Source: Chrysemys picta bellii (lineage: Eukaryota). Taken from it: a stretch of DNA of 64,000 nt. Under the pieces are notes generated by a model. That model saw nothing but the letters and a program-made list of their open reading frames with translations. It was not told the origin of the DNA and did no database searches. The translations under genes were made by a program, and so were the position numbers. Position 1 is the stretch's first letter. Each line of letters starts with the position of its first letter. The DNA is taken from assembly GCF_011386835.1 (NCBI RefSeq), contig NC_088803.1:12524001-12588000 (forward strand), read 5' to 3'. Below, one piece after another: positions 1-10,567 of the stretch.

Positions 1-84
1 CTAAGAACGTGTAGAGAGGTTTGAACTTCCCTTTCATCCTTGTTTTCCATTCACACACAAAGAATATAGATTTAAAATGTGCAA

Positions 85-225
85 TGGACCAGATTCTCAG
101 CTGGTGAAAATCATCCAGAGCTTCATTGAAATCAAAGGGCCGGTAGCCCAGTTGGCGAAAAGATCCCTAGCTATTCTGAAATCAATGGAACTGTATCAAT
201 TTACAACAGCTCAGGAGCTGGCCCT
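85..225. mobile_element. Palindromic PIF/Harbinger-like MITE relic
   Basis: Inverted ends ggaccagattctcagctg...cagctcaggagctggccc around ttgaaatcaa cores. Similar relics at 21075-21150, 21677-21816 and 46802-47028. Confidence 0.45.
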
Positions 226-687
226 TAGTTTTTAGTGTCTCAATCTGGGTACCTCATCAAACAGCCACGGCATCCTGAGCTGTGGATTCCTCTGATGAGA
301 TCAGAGTTGGGCTCACAGCCCTGGAGACCAGACTTAGTTATTTAACCCCAGAGCAGGGACATCCCTGTCTGTGCCAATGTCTGAAATCTGCACAGGATCA
401 GCTCTAGAACTGGGAGGGACTTCCAACCCATGACCCTATTTAGTTCATCTCCCCTCAGCCAAGCCTGCCGCAGGAGTGGAGCAGGGAGCGCCCATCTGTG
501 GAGTGGATCCCTGTCTGCTTGGAGCTGCCGAGAGACCCAGCAATGCAGGAAATCCAGGAATGGAAAATGGAAACAGTTGCTGGATAATACAGTCATGAGG
601 GCCTGGGAAAGAGAGAGTACTAAGAACCAAAGAATCCTGACTGTGGAACACCAAATGCATGGGGAAATTTCTGCAAAGACCACCCCA

Positions 688-693
688 GTAAGT
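688..693 (+). promoter_or_regulatory. Candidate 5' splice donor of a non-coding OR exon (type A)
   Basis: GTAAGT in cccca|gtaagtttgatatttcaatt, retained at 22279. Context resembles caca|gtaagttttctcattcaattt upstream of type-B genes. Confidence 0.45.
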
Positions 694-1424
694 TTGATAT
701 TTCAATTAAATATTTCAGGGTATTAATATAAGAGTAAATTGAATAATATAAACGTGAATTATAGTTGGAACTCTTTAAGACTTTTATGATCAATTCAGTG
801 AAACATCTAGAGCCAGTCAAGTCTTATTTTCTTTTCAGCAGAAAAAAATGACTTTTCATAGAAATTGTGAAAACTAAAATGTGTTTGGTTTCTGGCATGT
901 GAGAATTAAACAATTTCAGCTAAAAAATGCTGAAAATGGAATGTTTTCAGATGAAATAACAATAGAAATGTTTTCAGTTTTTCAAAGAAAATAATATACC
1001 AAAAAACCCAGTTTGCCTTAGAAATACTTCAAGCCAAAAATATCTGAGCACCGCTAGCTGGAAACTATCATGGGGAACAATAATATTGTCCAATTATGCC
1101 ACAATTTTGAACCCCATGACTCTACTGCAACCATGTTTATTTCTGTTTCAAAGGGATAGTTGCAGGATGATAAAATTGAGTAAGCAATAAAGCTGGTAAC
1201 CCACAGAATGTTTTAAACATACCAGCACCTTTAAATTGATGCACAGAGAGTTGAAGCCCCAGCCAAAGCCTGTCTATTATGACCTTGCCCAAGAACATAG
1301 AGGAGTTCAATGGGACTAGATCCCAGACCTCCTGCTTGAACACCGTCCCACACTGCTGCCAGTTAAACAAAAATGCTGTCAATGGGTGCAAAGAACATAT
1401 GCCTAATAAGTTACAGTCCTAGTA

Positions 1425-1530
1425 GACACAGCAGAGAAAGGGAGGGATGGTAAACAAAGGCATAGGGAGGGGAAGTGACTGGCCTAAGATCACACAGAAG
1501 GTCCGTGTCAGATCCTAGAGCAGAACCCAT
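1425..1530 (-). mobile_element. MIR-like CORE-SINE fragment
   Basis: gaagtgactggcctaagatcacacag resembles the reverse complement of the MIR core. Duplicate copy at about 23085-23185. Confidence 0.6.
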
Positions 1531-1875
1531 CAGTAACTGAGCAATCCTCCGAGTCTGTCATTGCACAGAGATGGAAGTGCAGCTAGGATTTGATGCCATA
1601 AATCAATATGTAACCAGGAATCAGGCCATTTTTTATACAGAGATTGAGGAGGAATCATCACAGTTGAAGTGCCATTTAGGACAATGTGTGATTCACGGTT
1701 GTATTTCCCTGGAAAGTGGGCAATGTTGGCATTTTAGTTTCATACCCAAGTTTGAAGTCTGCTGTTTGTTGCAATAGGGGGACCCTCTCTGCTAGGACAG
1801 TTTATCTTGGCTTGTACTTTATTACATCCTTCATACTGAATTTTATCAAGTTGTTACCCCAGAATTTGACAGTAC

Positions 1876-2593
1876 TGTAGTTCATTATTTTGTTTGTTTA
1901 GTTATTGCTAGTGAAAAACTACATATTATATAGCTAGAATAATTTTAGGCCCTTACAGGAAAGGCTAAATAGTTGTATGTTCTCTGTTTTGCTATTTAAA
2001 TGGGAGGTTGGGGTAGGGGAATTAGGTTTTATAAAAATAGAAGGAATGTTTGGATAACTTTGGTTGTAGGTGCTTTTGATTTGTCAGTTTTATTGTTATA
2101 ATTAAAAATGCTTTACTAATAAAAATAATAAATGGTTATTGGCTGTGGCTAGGAAAATTGCTAGAGGCTATTATAAGTTTGGCGCTTTGTTTAAAATAAA
2201 ATAGAAAAAGTTAAGTTAGAAAGTGTGCTTTGGAGCAGTACCAGGAAGCTTTAGGGCGGGACAAGGATCTAACAGTTAAGTTTTTCAGCAGCTAGAGAGA
2301 AGGCGTTCTCCCTCCCCCCGGAAGTCTCGCTGCTGATCCCACAAAATCATTGCTTAACTTTAAGTAAATATAAATGTTTTAAAATGCTCTAAACCTACCA
2401 CAACAGCATATGTGTGTATGTGTGTGCTTAACATGTAATAGAAAAGTACTTTTAGGTAAAATCACTTTTACTTATGCCAATTATTTGTTAGACAAATGAG
2501 CTGTGCCACACCCCCCATTAATTTATTCCTGAAACCACCTAAAGAACCCAGTTAAGTGACTACTGCTTTGGGTTCTGAATACCCTTGGGAACA
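1876..2593. mobile_element. LTR-like element, strongly C-depleted on + strand
   Basis: TG...CA ends; interrupts sequence homologous to other OR introns. No target-site duplication (TSD) found. Duplicate at 23565-24281. Confidence 0.5.
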
Positions 2594-3208
2594 GATTTGG
2601 TGAGACAGTCACCAGGAGTGGTGGAGAGGAAGGGGAAGATTGGTACAAATGGTTTGCTATGCTGTGCAAGAGAAAAGCATGCGGGCCAGCATAGCAGCTT
2701 GGAATTTCTCCATATTGTGGTTTGGGAGTCAATTTATGGATATATTGAGTTCCTGGGACTCAGGGCACCAGGCTGGCGGCCTGGTCGAGGGATTATGTCA
2801 GAAGGAAATAAATAAATAAGAAATAAAGGAACTAAAAAAGAATAGGGTAAAAAAAACCCTAAATAAAATAAAAAAAAAACAATTTCCCTAATCAGACACC
2901 CGCCAGGCTCAGATCATGGCAATGGAAAAGCAAGTGTGTAATAGTGAAAGAGTAGGAAAGAGGCTGGAGCAGGAAGTGTCTAAATTAAGCCAGCAGACAA
3001 TAAAAAGTGTAGGAACTGTTCAAGTGTCTCTGAAGAATTCTCAGGATCAGTCCCAGGCAGATCTTGGGTTGTAAGAGATAAGTTGTGCTCTCAGAGCCGC
3101 GTTGGGAAATCAGAAGGCAATAATAGCTGTGATTCGAGCACATCTCCCATGATCTAAACAGATGCAGTCCCATTGACTTTAAAAGAGCTAATCTAATTTA
3201 CACCAGTG

Positions 3209-3311
3209 TAGGGTGACCAGATGTCCAGAGTTTAGGGCCTTTTTCTTATATAGGCTGCTATTACCCCCTACCCCTGTCCCAATTTTTCACATTTGCTGTC
3301 TGGTCACCTTA
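3209..3311. mobile_element. hAT-type MITE (103 bp)
   Basis: Terminal inverted repeats (TIRs) tagggtgaccaga / tctggtcacctta; 8-bp TSD caccagtg / cacctgtg. Confidence 0.8.
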
Positions 3312-3480
3312 CACCTGTGTGATCACACACTGGAGAAGTGCTCTGATTGTCAGAGGTGAGGAGCCCTCATGACTTCTAGTTAATGGAAGTGAAGAGTGCT
3401 GCGCTCCTTTGACATCCCTGAAATATTATTAAGATGAGAATCAGACTCATTCGATCTGTTACTCTAATTCTGACCTTTGT

Positions 3481-3500
3481 CCTTGCCCTTCCCTCTACAG
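3481..3500 (+). promoter_or_regulatory. 3' splice acceptor upstream of the OR coding exon
   Basis: Polypyrimidine tract plus CAG, with a ctctaat branch-like site upstream. Equivalent AGs end 27 nt before the ATG at 11862, 19766(-), 25310, 33937, 44659(-) and 50135; 26 nt here; 20 nt at 58550. Confidence 0.75.
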
Positions 3501-3526
3501 CAGAACACAGTATACTGAGAAGGAAA

Positions 3527-4483
3527 ATGAGCAACCAAACTTCAACATTCGATTTTCTGCTCTTGGGATTCTCTGGTGTTCGGGAGCTGCAGCTGTTACA
3601 CTTTCTACTGTTTCTAGTTCTTTATCTGGTAGCCTTGATGGGGAATCTTCTCATCATCACAGTCATAGCCCTTGACCATCATCTTCACACCCCCATGTAC
3701 TTCTTCCTGCTCAACTTATCCTTCATAGACCTCTGCTACATCTCTGTCCCCATTCCTAAATCCATGGTCAATTCACTAACCAACTCCAGGTCAATTTCTT
3801 ATTCTGGGTGCGTCACCCAAGTCTTTCTCTTTCCCTTGTTCGCGGTAGCTGAGCTCAGCTTCCTCACTTTCATGGCATACGATCGATATGTCGCCATCTG
3901 CCAACCTCTTCATTATGAAGCTATAATGAACAGAAGAGCTTGTGTCCGAATGGCAGCCAGTGCATGGCTCTGTAGTATTCTCAACTCTGCATTACACACT
4001 GGGACCACATTTGCATTAACCTTCTGTGGAGGGAACATGGTGGATCAGTTCTTCTGTGAAATCCCTCAACTACTCAAGCTCACCTGCTCTGACACATACC
4101 GCAGAGAATCTGGGGCAATTGTATTTAGTGCTTGTTTATCTTTAAGCTGCTTTGTTTTTATAATTGTGTCGTATGTTCAGATCTTCACCACGGTGCTGAG
4201 AATCCCCTCTGAACAGGGCCGGCATAAAGCCTTCTCCACCTGCCTTCCTCACCTCTTTGTGGTTTCCTTGTTCCTCTGGACTCTTACTGTTGCCTACCTG
4301 AAGCCCACCTCAAGCTCAACATCAAGGTGGGATCTCATGGTGGCAGTTCTCTATTCTGTGGTGCCTCCAATGATGAATCCCATCATCTACAACATGAGGA
4401 CCGAGGATATCCAAGCTGCCCTGAGGAGACTGATAGCAGGGAGATTATTCACCATGAATATAAAGTCCATAGTTCTCCCTTGA
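3527..4483 (+). CDS. Olfactory receptor, class II, OR14-like (type A, copy 1), 318 aa
   Basis: Motifs LHTPMYFFLLNL, MAYDRYVAIC, KAFSTC, PPMMNPIIY. The true start is MSNQ at 3527; the ORF-track extension from 3434 runs through the polypyrimidine tract and the AG at 3499-3500. Confidence 0.95.
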   Translation: MSNQTSTFDFLLLGFSGVRELQLLHFLLFLVLYLVALMGNLLIITVIALDHHLHTPMYFFLLNLSFIDLCYISVPIPKSMVNSLTNSRSISYSGCVTQVFLFPLFAVAELSFLTFMAYDRYVAICQPLHYEAIMNRRACVRMAASAWLCSILNSALHTGTTFALTFCGGNMVDQFFCEIPQLLKLTCSDTYRRESGAIVFSACLSLSCFVFIIVSYVQIFTTVLRIPSEQGRHKAFSTCLPHLFVVSLFLWTLTVAYLKPTSSSTSRWDLMVAVLYSVVPPMMNPIIYNMRTEDIQAALRRLIAGRLFTMNIKSIVLP

Positions 4484-4532
4484 CTGTTATATTATTCTGT
4501 TGATGACCCATCAAGGACACTTAGCTCTCACA

Positions 4533-4677
4533 GTATCAGAGGGGTAGCCGTGTTAGTCTGAGTAGCCGTGTTAGTCTGAAGTCTTGCATCTGAAGAAGTG
4601 AGGTTCTTACCCACGAAAGCTTATGCTCCCAATACTTCAGTTAGTCTCAAAGGTGCCACAGGACCCTCTGTTGCTTT
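4533..4677. mobile_element. Penelope-like pLTR-derived insertion (direct partial repeats plus inverted segment)
   Basis: gtatcagaggggtagccgtgttagtctg end, 18-nt internal tandem repeat, and a 12-bp TSD ttagctctcaca (4521-4532 / 4678-4689). Confidence 0.75.
4586..4626 (+). ncRNA. Minimal type-I hammerhead ribozyme motif
   Basis: Stem I GCAU/AUGC; core CUGAAGA (4590-96) plus an extra A; stem II GUGAG/CCCAC with one mismatch; GAAA (4615-18); palindromic AGCU helix III; cleavage triplet CUU. Confidence 0.65.
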
Positions 4678-4769
4678 TTAGCTCTCACAATGGCCAGTAG
4701 AAGAAATTCATCCCGCCAAGTAAGCCTTCCTGTGGACACCTCAGCAAGAATATGGGCAATGGATGCACC

Positions 4770-5531
4770 TGTGAGTCATCAAAGCATGTAAGGACATGTG
4801 ATATGCTTATGTGACCCTGGACTCCATGTTGAAACAGTAACTTTCTACAAACAGAGGCTGTGAACTTTCTTTGAGATAGTAAAATTTCTTGCGCATGACA
4901 GAGGATATAAAAGACCCCTGAGGCATCTCCATTTTGTCTTCATTTTCTGCTTCATTTCTATGCACTGGATTTTTACCAAGCAAGCTTGGAACAAGGACTG
5001 ATGACCCCCTAATATGTTTGGGTGATTCCAGAGAGACATTTGCAATCTAATAATTTATTCAATCTCTGCTATCATCCTGATCTTTGAACACTGAAAGACC
5101 ACTTGAATGTATATGATCTATTAACCATTAATAATTCTCTTTTTTGTCTTTTATTAATAAACATTTAGATTTTAGTTACTAAAGGATTGGTATCAGCGTG
5201 ATTATTGGCTAAGGTCTAAGTTATATATTTACCTGGCTAAGTGGCTGATCCCTTGGGACTGGAAGGACCCTATATCTGATTAAATTGGTTTTCAGTAACC
5301 ACTCATCCTTTACTTCAGTGTCTGGGTGATGAGCCATGGGCTGGGATAACTAAGAAGACTGCATGTCTGGCTTCTTGTTAACCAGTGTGGTGAGACAGAA
5401 GTTCACGTTTGTTACTGGCTTGGTATAATCTAACGGTAGAATAGCAACCAGTTTGCGGGAGTCTGCCCTATGTCTCAGCAGTTTGTCCTGAATTTGGCTT
5501 TGTCAGCTGTGACCTGCTGAGGAACGGTGAC
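4770..5531 (+). mobile_element. LTR (3' part), Gypsy/ERV-type
   Basis: TATA-like ggatataaaag near 4904, AATAAA near 5156, ends ggtgaca. Duplicate at about 26350-27110. Confidence 0.6.
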
Positions 5532-6170
5532 ATCCCTAAAGACAGTCCGACCTGACTCTGTATAATGAGGACAAATATGGACCCCATTTCAGTTTTTATT
5601 GTGTCAGGGGAGGAGTTACTGTGTAATATTTTCTCTTATGTTATGCTTTGTTCCTGCTGTGGTAAATAAATTATTATACTTTGTGTATAGAAAGCTGTCT
5701 GGTCACTCAATTTAGTATTGGTAACAGCTCCAGGGGGAATAACAGCAGGTAATGAATCCAATTGACCCTGCTGGGAAATCACAGTTGGTGCACAAGTTAC
5801 TATACCCCAGGATCCAGTTTAAGAGTTGGTGAATAACATCGATCCCGCTAAGAGAGGGACAGGCACGAGGCTGTGACCTGATGGGTGCACTCAAAGAAAC
5901 CATAGAAGGGGTCAGAGGTGCAGCTAGCCCTGTAACTACGACAAAGTGCAATTTCACTTTTCACTTCAAAGGGATCCAGATTTAGCCAATGTTTTTTTAT
6001 CCATACAACTATCCAAAGGTTACTAAACGTGCCCTGGACCACAGAATTTGGCTATTATTAATTATTTGATATTAATTATTTATTAATATTATTATTTATT
6101 AATTCAATTTATTGATTACCATGTTTATGCATAGTTTTTTACACAGCCATTCAGGGAAGCATCATATGAT

Positions 6171-6227
<57 letters not shown>
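6171..6227. repeat. (AGAT)n microsatellite
   Basis: Perfect tetranucleotide run; duplicate at 27737-27790. Confidence 0.95.
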
Positions 6228-6230
<3 letters not shown>

Positions 6231-6339
6231 CCTTCAAATTATTGTGCTTCTTTTTCTGTTCTTGACTGTAAAAGATCAGATCATTATTTCCTTCAAACTA
6301 TTTATTATTCAGCATTATTCACTAAAGAATTTCTGCAAA

Positions 6340-6770
6340 TATTTCGTACTGAAACCAACAATATACCAGAGATACATTGATGGTATTTTCATCCTCTGGA
6401 CAGACAATATAAATTTCTTCATAGATTTTCACCACAATTTCAGCAACCACCACCTACCCATCAAGCTTTCTCTAGTATACTCCCATACCAGCATCAACTT
6501 CCTGAACACCACCATCAGCAATGGGATTCTACAGACAACTCAACGCATTTAACTTCACAGATCCACTAAGCACTCCAGCATACCAAGAAGTCTGTTATTT
6601 ACAGCTAGGTACTCAGATGTCACGTTGTTTCTCCTAGGAGAAAGTCTGGGATACACACCTTAACACACTTAATGCCAGCTTCACAAAACATGGACACGCC
6701 AACAGAAAAGTAGATAGCAGCATGGAACAGGCCACCCAAGTATCCTGAGAGAACCTACTTCAATACTGGT
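6340..6770 (+). mobile_element. Penelope-like reverse transcriptase fragment (decayed)
   Basis: KPTIYQRYIDGIFILW...FHHNF..HLPIKLSL..S.TSINFL resembles the PLE RT YIDDIF region. Confidence 0.75.
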
Positions 6771-6775
6771 CACTT

Positions 6776-6900
6776 TTTAAGAACAGGTTAGATGAACACC
6801 TATCAGGGATTATCTAAATAATATGTAGTCCAACCTTAGTGCAGAGGTCTTTGATAGATGACCTGTTGAGGTCCTTTCCAGTCCTAAATGTCTATGATTT
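6776..6900 (+). mobile_element. CR1 3' end
   Basis: gatgacctgttgaggtcctttccagtcctaaatgtctatgatt tail. Duplicate at about 28338-28462. Confidence 0.7.
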
Positions 6901-7409
6901 CTGTAAGGATCAGATTACCATCTCAATTAGACCGATGTCACTGCAGAGGAGCACCTTCACATGGGTGGTGGGTATAAAAGGCCAGGGCCCTTTGGATGCT
7001 GCCGCATTTGGAGCGCTGACCTGCCGCATTTGGAGCGCTACTGCCGAAAGGGCATCTGGGCCATAGACCTGCCTGAGTTCTGCCCCTAGACCCCACTCCT
7101 GCTTGTCCTTTTCCACCATGGCCCACATGCACTGCTCCTTTTCCCACCTCTGCTCTGCCTCTTGCCCCTGAGAACCTCCTCTCCCAAAGGCCACTCAGGG
7201 TGAAGAGGCATGAACAGCGGGCAGGGGCTCACATTGGAGAGGGTGAAGAGATGTGAGCAGCAGGGTGGGGGTGCTTGGGGAGGGTCGAAAAGGCACAAGT
7301 GGCAGGTGGGAGGCCCTTGGGGGAGGACGTGAAGAGGTGGGAGCAGTAGGGGGGCATTGGGGAAGGAGGTAAAGGGGTGCAAGTGGCGGGCAACGGGGCC
7401 TCAGGGTGG

Positions 7410-7955
7410 GGGCAAACAACCACTGTTGCTGTGAGAATAACCACTGCTGGCCAGTTCACACAAAACCTCTAACATGTAAAATCTGAATTATATGAATGCT
7501 CTGGTGAGTCATTCATGAATTACCTTACAAGATGACACCAGAAAACTCCTAGTCCCAGACTTGTTCCCAGAAATGTGTGTCTTGTACTGCCCAGAACCTG
7601 CCTGGACTATGCTGGTTTATAAAAAGTCCAGTATTTCATTAATTGAAAATGATAAACACAAGCAATATTATCTCAGTTGGAGATTCCCAAACACTTCATT
7701 CCAAAGCGGCGTCGGTAGAGTCATGGCAGAACTGCCGCAGATCGTGATCGTGGCGCTTTTTTTTTGGCTGCTTGGGGTGGCAAAACCCCTGGATCCGGCC
7801 CTGCTTATAATTTTACATATAACGTTACCATACATATTTTTGTAGTACAATAATGTTCAGCAGGTTACGAGTTTTCAAATGATACCTCACAAGACATACT
7901 TTGTAGAAAATTTACTTTTGTAAAAAGGGTGAAAATAAGAGTACAATCTGTCACA
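7410..7955 (-). mobile_element. LTR fragment (copy A) with internal replacement
   Basis: Same family as 28950-29984 and 35395-37871; ends ctgtcaca. Confidence 0.6.
7706..7803 (-). mobile_element. hAT-type element end
   Basis: Ends ggatccggccctg (reverse complement CAGGGCCGG TIR). GC-rich and absent from copy B. Confidence 0.6.
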
Positions 7956-8349
7956 GTCGGTATTTCTGAAACAAATTCTTTTTAGAGTTTGCAACATTCC
8001 CACAAACCAGAAATCCCACTTTTTGGCCAGTTCGACTTGCAAGTTTTGTTTGGCCCAATGCTATGCTATATTGCTTAGTAAATATTAACATTTATTCATC
8101 ACCAGTCAGAGCAATCTCCTGGCCACTTAACAGTAACATCTCAAGAAGTGAGGCCTCACCAGAAAACAACAAGGTACAGTTTCTTTCCTCTGATATCTTA
8201 ATTTAGACACCAGGACAACTGGAATCTGCTGAGGCACCCAGATCAAAGTAGTGGTGGCTCATTGACAGTGGAATAGTCTTCTGAAACTGCAGCCCAAGTC
8301 TGTTAACATTCAGGAAGTGAAATGTGGCCTACCGATTCTCTCAAAAAGG

Positions 8350-9486
8350 GGATGGGGGCTAACAGTGAGGTGGGAAAATTTGCAAACAATACAAAACTAC
8401 TCAAGATAGTTAAATCCAAAACAGACTATGAAGAGTGACAAAGGGGTCTCACAAAACCGGGTAACTGGGCAACATGATGGCAGATGAAATTCAATATTGA
8501 TATATTTAAAATAATGATATAATAAAATATAATTGATATAATAAAATAATTTAAAAATAAAATAATACTAAAAACATTGGAAAACATAATCCCAACTGTA
8601 ATGCAACAGGTATATTTAGACCCCCCAACTATAAAATGATAGGGTCTAAAAATAGCTGTTGCCACTCCAGAAAGATCTGAGAGTCATTGTGAATAGGTCT
8701 CTGAAAACATCTTCTCAATGTGCAGCTGCAGTCAAAAAAGCTAAAGGAATGCTGGGAATCATTAAGAAAGGGATAGATAATAAGACAGAAATTATCATAT
8801 TGCCTTTATATAAATCCATTGTATGCACACATCTTGAATACTGGGTGCACATGAGGTCACCCCATCTCAAAAAAGATATCTTAGAATTGGAAAAGGTACA
8901 GAGAAGGGCAACAAAAATGACTAAGAGTATGGAACAGCTTGCATATGAGGAGAAATTAAAACGATTGGCACTTTTCTGTTTGGAAAAGATATGATTAAAA
9001 GGGGATGTAATAGAGGTCTGTAAAATCATGAAAGGTGTGGAGAAGAGAATAAAGAAATATTTTTTACTCCTTCACATAACATAACAGTGGTCACCCAATG
9101 AAATTAAAAAGCAGCATGTTTTAAACAAATAAAAGGAAGTACTTCTTCACACAACACAGAGTCAAACTGTGGAACTCATTGAAAGGGAATGTTGTGAAGG
9201 CCAAGACTATAATGAGATTCATAAAAGAATTAGATAAATTCATGGAAGATAAGCCCATCAATGGCTGTTAGGCAATACAGTTTGGGATGCAACCCCATGG
9301 TCTAGGTGTTAGTAAACTTCTGTTTGCCAGAAGGAGGGAGTGGATAACAGGGGATGGATCACTCAATGATTCCCCTGTTCTGTTCATTCCCTCTGAAGCA
9401 TCTGCCATTGGCCACTGTTGGAAGATTGGGTATTGGTCTAGATTAACCATTGGCCTCAACCAGAATGGCCGTTCTTCTGTTCTTCT
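8350..9486 (+). mobile_element. CR1 LINE, 5'-truncated and decayed
   Basis: ORF2 C-terminal peptide (CAAAVKKA..LGII..G...YKS.V..HLEY.V...SPHLKKDI) and ttcttctg tail. Confidence 0.9.
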
Positions 9487-9549
9487 GTGCTACGCAGGTG
9501 GTTGACTATAGGATCATAACATTCTTTTTGCTTTCAAATCACTGAATCT

Positions 9550-9880
9550 GTGAACTTTTCCCTGTGGGTCTCTGCTGCTGAGCTGTGCAGGGCTCCAGGG
9601 AGTAAAATACACATGGATAAATCACCTTCCCTCAGCATAGGTCCTTGAATGGGAGTGAGGGTCAAAGCCAGCTGTGCACAGCTCATCTGCTGAGAGGAAC
9701 GGGTTGGAACCAAATACAGTTTTAGAGTGAGAGATGAAAGGACTCTTAGAAAGTTGTGCCTTTGCTTGTAGATACTACTAGATAGTCAGACAGACAGATA
9801 GATAATGACTACAGAATCCTGGCATTGGACTGAATGAATCACATATTAAGAAAATATCCTCAAATCCACAGTAAGTTTTC
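9550..9880 (+). promoter_or_regulatory. Conserved OR upstream module with O/E-like site and candidate donor
   Basis: ctccaggga, catggataaatcaccttc, and GTAAGT at 9871. Homologs at 15270-15600, 31365-31660 and inverted at 46560-46690, each about 2 kb upstream of an OR except the 15270 copy. Confidence 0.5.
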
Positions 9881-10379
9881 TCATTCAATTTAATTTCTCT
9901 GAAGGTTAACATCCGGGGTAGATTAAGAACAGTAATAAGAATTACACTCAGATGTCCTTTACATTTTCCTACCAATTTACTCATCTGCGGCTGAGAAGGA
10001 AAAGTTAATGTTGTTTAATAATATATAATTAGAAAACCCATTCATTCTCTGGCATCTCTGTTTATTTCTTTTTCAAAGGAAAGTACAGCAAAGTAACGGA
10101 CATAGCTGATAGGTCACAGAATATGTGTCATACACACTAGCCCCTTTAAACAGGGTTAGAGTTGTACAAGCAGCCAAAGCCTGTCTACTGGGACACAACC
10201 CCTGGCCATAGAGGGGGTCAATAGAACCAGAACACCAACCTCCTGGTTTAACAATGTGTCCAGCGTACAACACTGTTGCCAGCTGACCACAGGTGCTGTA
10301 AATGTGTGCACTGACCATACACATGCTAAGATACAGTCCATCCCCAAAAGAGCTTACAGTCAAGTAGAGAAGGAAGAGA

Positions 10380-10490
10380 AAGGGAAGGTAAACTGAAGCA
10401 CAGAGAGGAGAAGTGACTGGTACCATATCACAGCAGGTCAGTGACAGAGCCAAGAAAAAAAAAACATGTCCTCTGATTGCCACTGAATCA
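10380..10490 (-). mobile_element. MIR-like CORE-SINE fragment
   Basis: aaactgaagcacagagaggagaagtgactggtaccatatcacagc. Paralogous copies at about 16850-16960 and 32450-32560. Confidence 0.6.
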
Positions 10491-10567
10491 CACAGCACAG
10501 ACCTAAAGTCACAGCGGGAAACAATACAACATGCAAGTAACTGAGCACTGCTAATAGCCCATTATAA

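Noticed and set aside
430-726. 98-aa ORF kept open in both duplicate copies (22021-22317)
   Set aside because: Retention is expected from recent duplication; there is no recognisable domain, and it overlaps the probable non-coding exon and donor.
2805-2880. A-rich tract as a second (G-to-A) edited segment
   Set aside because: Too short and low-complexity to distinguish from poly(A)-like slippage.
3434-3526. 31-aa N-terminal extension of the first OR (and the 17-aa extension at 25287)
   Set aside because: It runs through the branch site, polypyrimidine tract and acceptor AG, and is not in frame in the duplicate (1-nt indel). It is intronic.
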